Positions 61,953 to 64,000 of a DNA stretch of 64,000 bases are shown here, piece after piece. The notes beneath the pieces were generated by a model. That model did no database searches and was not told the DNA's origin. It saw only the letters and a program-made list of their open reading frames with translations. The stretch covers positions 32,984,001 to 33,048,000 of the forward strand of contig NC_079171.1 in the NCBI RefSeq assembly GCF_947568905.1, in the 5' to 3' direction. Source of the stretch: Ostrea edulis (Eukaryota). How positions within the stretch are numbered: the first letter of the stretch is position 1; every line of letters starts with the position of its first letter. A program made the translations under genes and the position numbers.

Positions 61953-62462
61953 ATGAATAGCCAAACTTACGTCAGTGATCCCAGAATGTGGGAAATCTTT
62001 TACAAGAACATGGCAGAGAAAAAGTTCAACCCTTATAGATACAAGCCTAAACAAATTGGAAGAGGTGTGAAAAGTTATAAGTCTTATGTCATTCCATTGA
62101 GACCTCACTCACAATTAGAATCAGTACAACAAACCAGCACTCAAATGACCCCAGTGACTGCGGTGGAGGAAAGAGCTAAGATCGAACATGCCAAGGATGT
62201 CAAAGAGGGTGTTCCATTCGTCAAGGTGCAGGGGAGTATAAAAAGGCCACGTTCTCAATCGTCTGTCATTCCTTCCAAGAAATCGAAACGAACAACATCT
62301 CAAAGGAAGAAGTCGTCTAAGCCTGCAAAACAACGAAAAAAGTCAGGAAAAACGACACAGAAGACAATTAAGAAAAAGCGAGGAGCACCAGGCAAGAAAA
62401 CACAATCGAGAAAGAAGAAAGAGTTTAAGATTGACAGTTACAGGAGTATCTTTAAACAGTAG
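61953..62462 (+). CDS. Polinton core/virion protein with adenain-type cleavage motif and Lys/Arg-rich tail
   Basis: QIGRG motif; very basic C-terminal half (KKSKRTTSQRKKSSK...). Confidence 0.6.
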   Translation: MNSQTYVSDPRMWEIFYKNMAEKKFNPYRYKPKQIGRGVKSYKSYVIPLRPHSQLESVQQTSTQMTPVTAVEERAKIEHAKDVKEGVPFVKVQGSIKRPRSQSSVIPSKKSKRTTSQRKKSSKPAKQRKKSGKTTQKTIKKKRGAPGKKTQSRKKKEFKIDSYRSIFKQ

Positions 62463-62464
62463 AA

Positions 62465-63781
62465 ATGGCCTTTTTAAGCAGTGATAATAAAGACATAGCT
62501 CAACCTATGGAACTGTCTCTTTTTGCGTCTCCAACAAATCAGGTAGCGGTCGAAAAAGTGTACTTTACAGAAGCAAGACCGATTTCTAGCATAGGAGTAT
62601 CCGATACACCAATCGAAATCGTAGTATCTGGTTCGGGGGCAGAATACATTGATTTAAAAAGGAGTAAATTGTATGTGAAAGCCCGAATTTTGAAAGCAGA
62701 TGGAACGGCGCTGGCAGAAAATGAAAAAACGGGCATTGTAAATTTACCACTTCAAAGTATGTTTTCCCAGATGGATGTCTACTTGAACAACAAATTAGTT
62801 TCTTTCAACACAAACAACTATCCGTGGAAGGCCTATTTCAAGACAATTTTATTCAGCGGGAGAGACGAACTTAGTTCACAGAAACAATCCGAGCTGTTTT
62901 TTAAAGAAGAGGGAAACCTGAGTGACGCCAATGCATACAATGGGGGGAATGCTGGACTGGTCGTGCGGTATGGATACACTCAGCAAAGTGCAGTCTTTGA
63001 GTTGGAAGGAAACCTGATGGAAGATGTCTTTGATATAGATAAATATTTGATAAACGGGGTAGACATTTACATCAAACTCTTTAGATCCAGTGCCCCGTTT
63101 GTCATTATGTCGGCTGAATCTTCACCAGCTTTCAAATTAGAGTTACTGGACGTTGTGTACAAAGTAGCCAAAGTGCGAGTAGACCCTGGCGTTCTACTGA
63201 ATCATAGTAAACAGATAGAAGCAACCCCCGTGAAGTATACTATCATGCGAAATGAATTGAAAATGAATACTATTCCTAAAGGATCCACAGAGTTTTACTG
63301 GGACAACATTTTTCCTCAAGCGGTACCCGATCGCATCGTGGTGGCCTTGGTGGACCAGAAAGCCGTCAATGGGGACTACACCGCTAACTCCTTTAACTTT
63401 GAGCATATGGGGTTAACAGACGTCGGAATATACGTTAACGGAGAAAGTGTACCCGGTAGACCGCTCAAAACAGACTTCTCAGCGGGACTGTATTCAGCAG
63501 CTTACGCTCGTTTGTTTGAAGCCTCGGGAAAATGGAACAATGATGCCGGACTGATCATCACTCGTGATAATTTTGGAAGTGGATATTCGCTGTTTGTTTT
63601 CACTATTGATTCCTGTGGATTTGGAGAAGAGTATTTAAATCTGATTCGTCGGGGAAACACCAGACTGGAACTGAAATTTAAACAAGCAACAACTAAAGCT
63701 GCTAACGCAATTGTATTTGCTACCTTTTCATCTCTACTGGAAGTCGACAAATCACGTGATATCAACTACATTCAACCATGA
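62465..63781 (+). CDS. Polinton double-jelly-roll major capsid protein
   Basis: 438 aa; ELSLFASPTNQVAVE, YIDLKRSKLYVKARI, LQSMFSQMDVYLN, NSFNFEH and LIRRGNTRLELKF are typical of this capsid family. Confidence 0.85.
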   Translation: MAFLSSDNKDIAQPMELSLFASPTNQVAVEKVYFTEARPISSIGVSDTPIEIVVSGSGAEYIDLKRSKLYVKARILKADGTALAENEKTGIVNLPLQSMFSQMDVYLNNKLVSFNTNNYPWKAYFKTILFSGRDELSSQKQSELFFKEEGNLSDANAYNGGNAGLVVRYGYTQQSAVFELEGNLMEDVFDIDKYLINGVDIYIKLFRSSAPFVIMSAESSPAFKLELLDVVYKVAKVRVDPGVLLNHSKQIEATPVKYTIMRNELKMNTIPKGSTEFYWDNIFPQAVPDRIVVALVDQKAVNGDYTANSFNFEHMGLTDVGIYVNGESVPGRPLKTDFSAGLYSAAYARLFEASGKWNNDAGLIITRDNFGSGYSLFVFTIDSCGFGEEYLNLIRRGNTRLELKFKQATTKAANAIVFATFSSLLEVDKSRDINYIQP

Positions 63782-64000
63782 ATTCGACACAGCTGCTAAA
63801 TATGGTGAAAACGGACCCCTGCTTAAGATGCTATGTGAAAGGTGTATTTGCTAGTAACACATTACCCCAAATCGTTACAAGGTATCCGAGTGCCTTCATC
63901 GTCAATACACAACCTTTACCAATGCCTGGAGAACATTGGGTGGCAATAATCGTGCGAAGTCCATCCCAAGCAGAGTTTTTCGACAGCCTTGGGAAATCAC
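63778..64000 (+). CDS. Adenain-like cysteine protease, 5' part (truncated by window)
   Basis: ATGA overlap with the capsid stop; GVFASNTLP...FIVNTQP..MPGEHWVAI...EFFDSLG (catalytic His and Asp). Confidence 0.9.
   Translation, partial: MNSTQLLNMVKTDPCLRCYVKGVFASNTLPQIVTRYPSAFIVNTQPLPMPGEHWVAIIVRSPSQAEFFDSLGKS

Larger units (their letters stand above)
57471..64000 (+). mobile_element. Polinton/Maverick copy 2, apparently intact, runs off the window
   Basis: Terminus AGTAGTAA at 57471; uninterrupted integrase, minor capsid, core, major capsid and protease ORFs with tight or overlapping spacing. Confidence 0.92.

Noticed and set aside
60719-63765. Minus-strand ORFs opposite Polinton genes (likewise those opposite Gypsy pol)
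   Set aside because: They are antisense shadows of long real ORFs and have no recognisable motifs.

Overview
Eukaryotic, AT-rich, repeat-saturated genomic DNA, most likely from an oyster (Ostreidae). That assignment is an inference from the Cg170-like ~167-bp satellite inside Helentron-type elements and from bivalve-type SINEs. Most of the window is a nested mobile-element landscape: a young Gypsy LTR retrotransposon (7230-11896, 5-bp TSD), PHD/OTU vertnin-like, CACTA, ISL2EU and TTAA-flanked DNA-transposon remnants, an ORF1-only LINE derivative with an IMPACT-type domain, HINE/satellite elements and SINEs. Fragments of spliced host-type genes are interspersed (two EGF exons, two type-I membrane protein genes). 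The right end holds two divergent Polinton/Maverick elements arranged head-to-head. The left one (52710-56559, minus) is decayed and internally deleted, and its pPolB contains three GT-AG introns. The right one (57471 to window end, plus) looks intact: integrase, minor capsid, core protein, major capsid, adenain-type protease. Between its terminus and integrase it carries an accessory cassette encoding an orphan, a membrane-anchored PC4-like protein, a GADD34/DP71L-like PP1 adaptor and a CARD-PC4-PC4 fusion, with 18-bp repeat arrays containing CRE-like sites. This cassette is the best candidate for an undescribed host-manipulation system. All family assignments are by motif recognition by eye; no searches were run.
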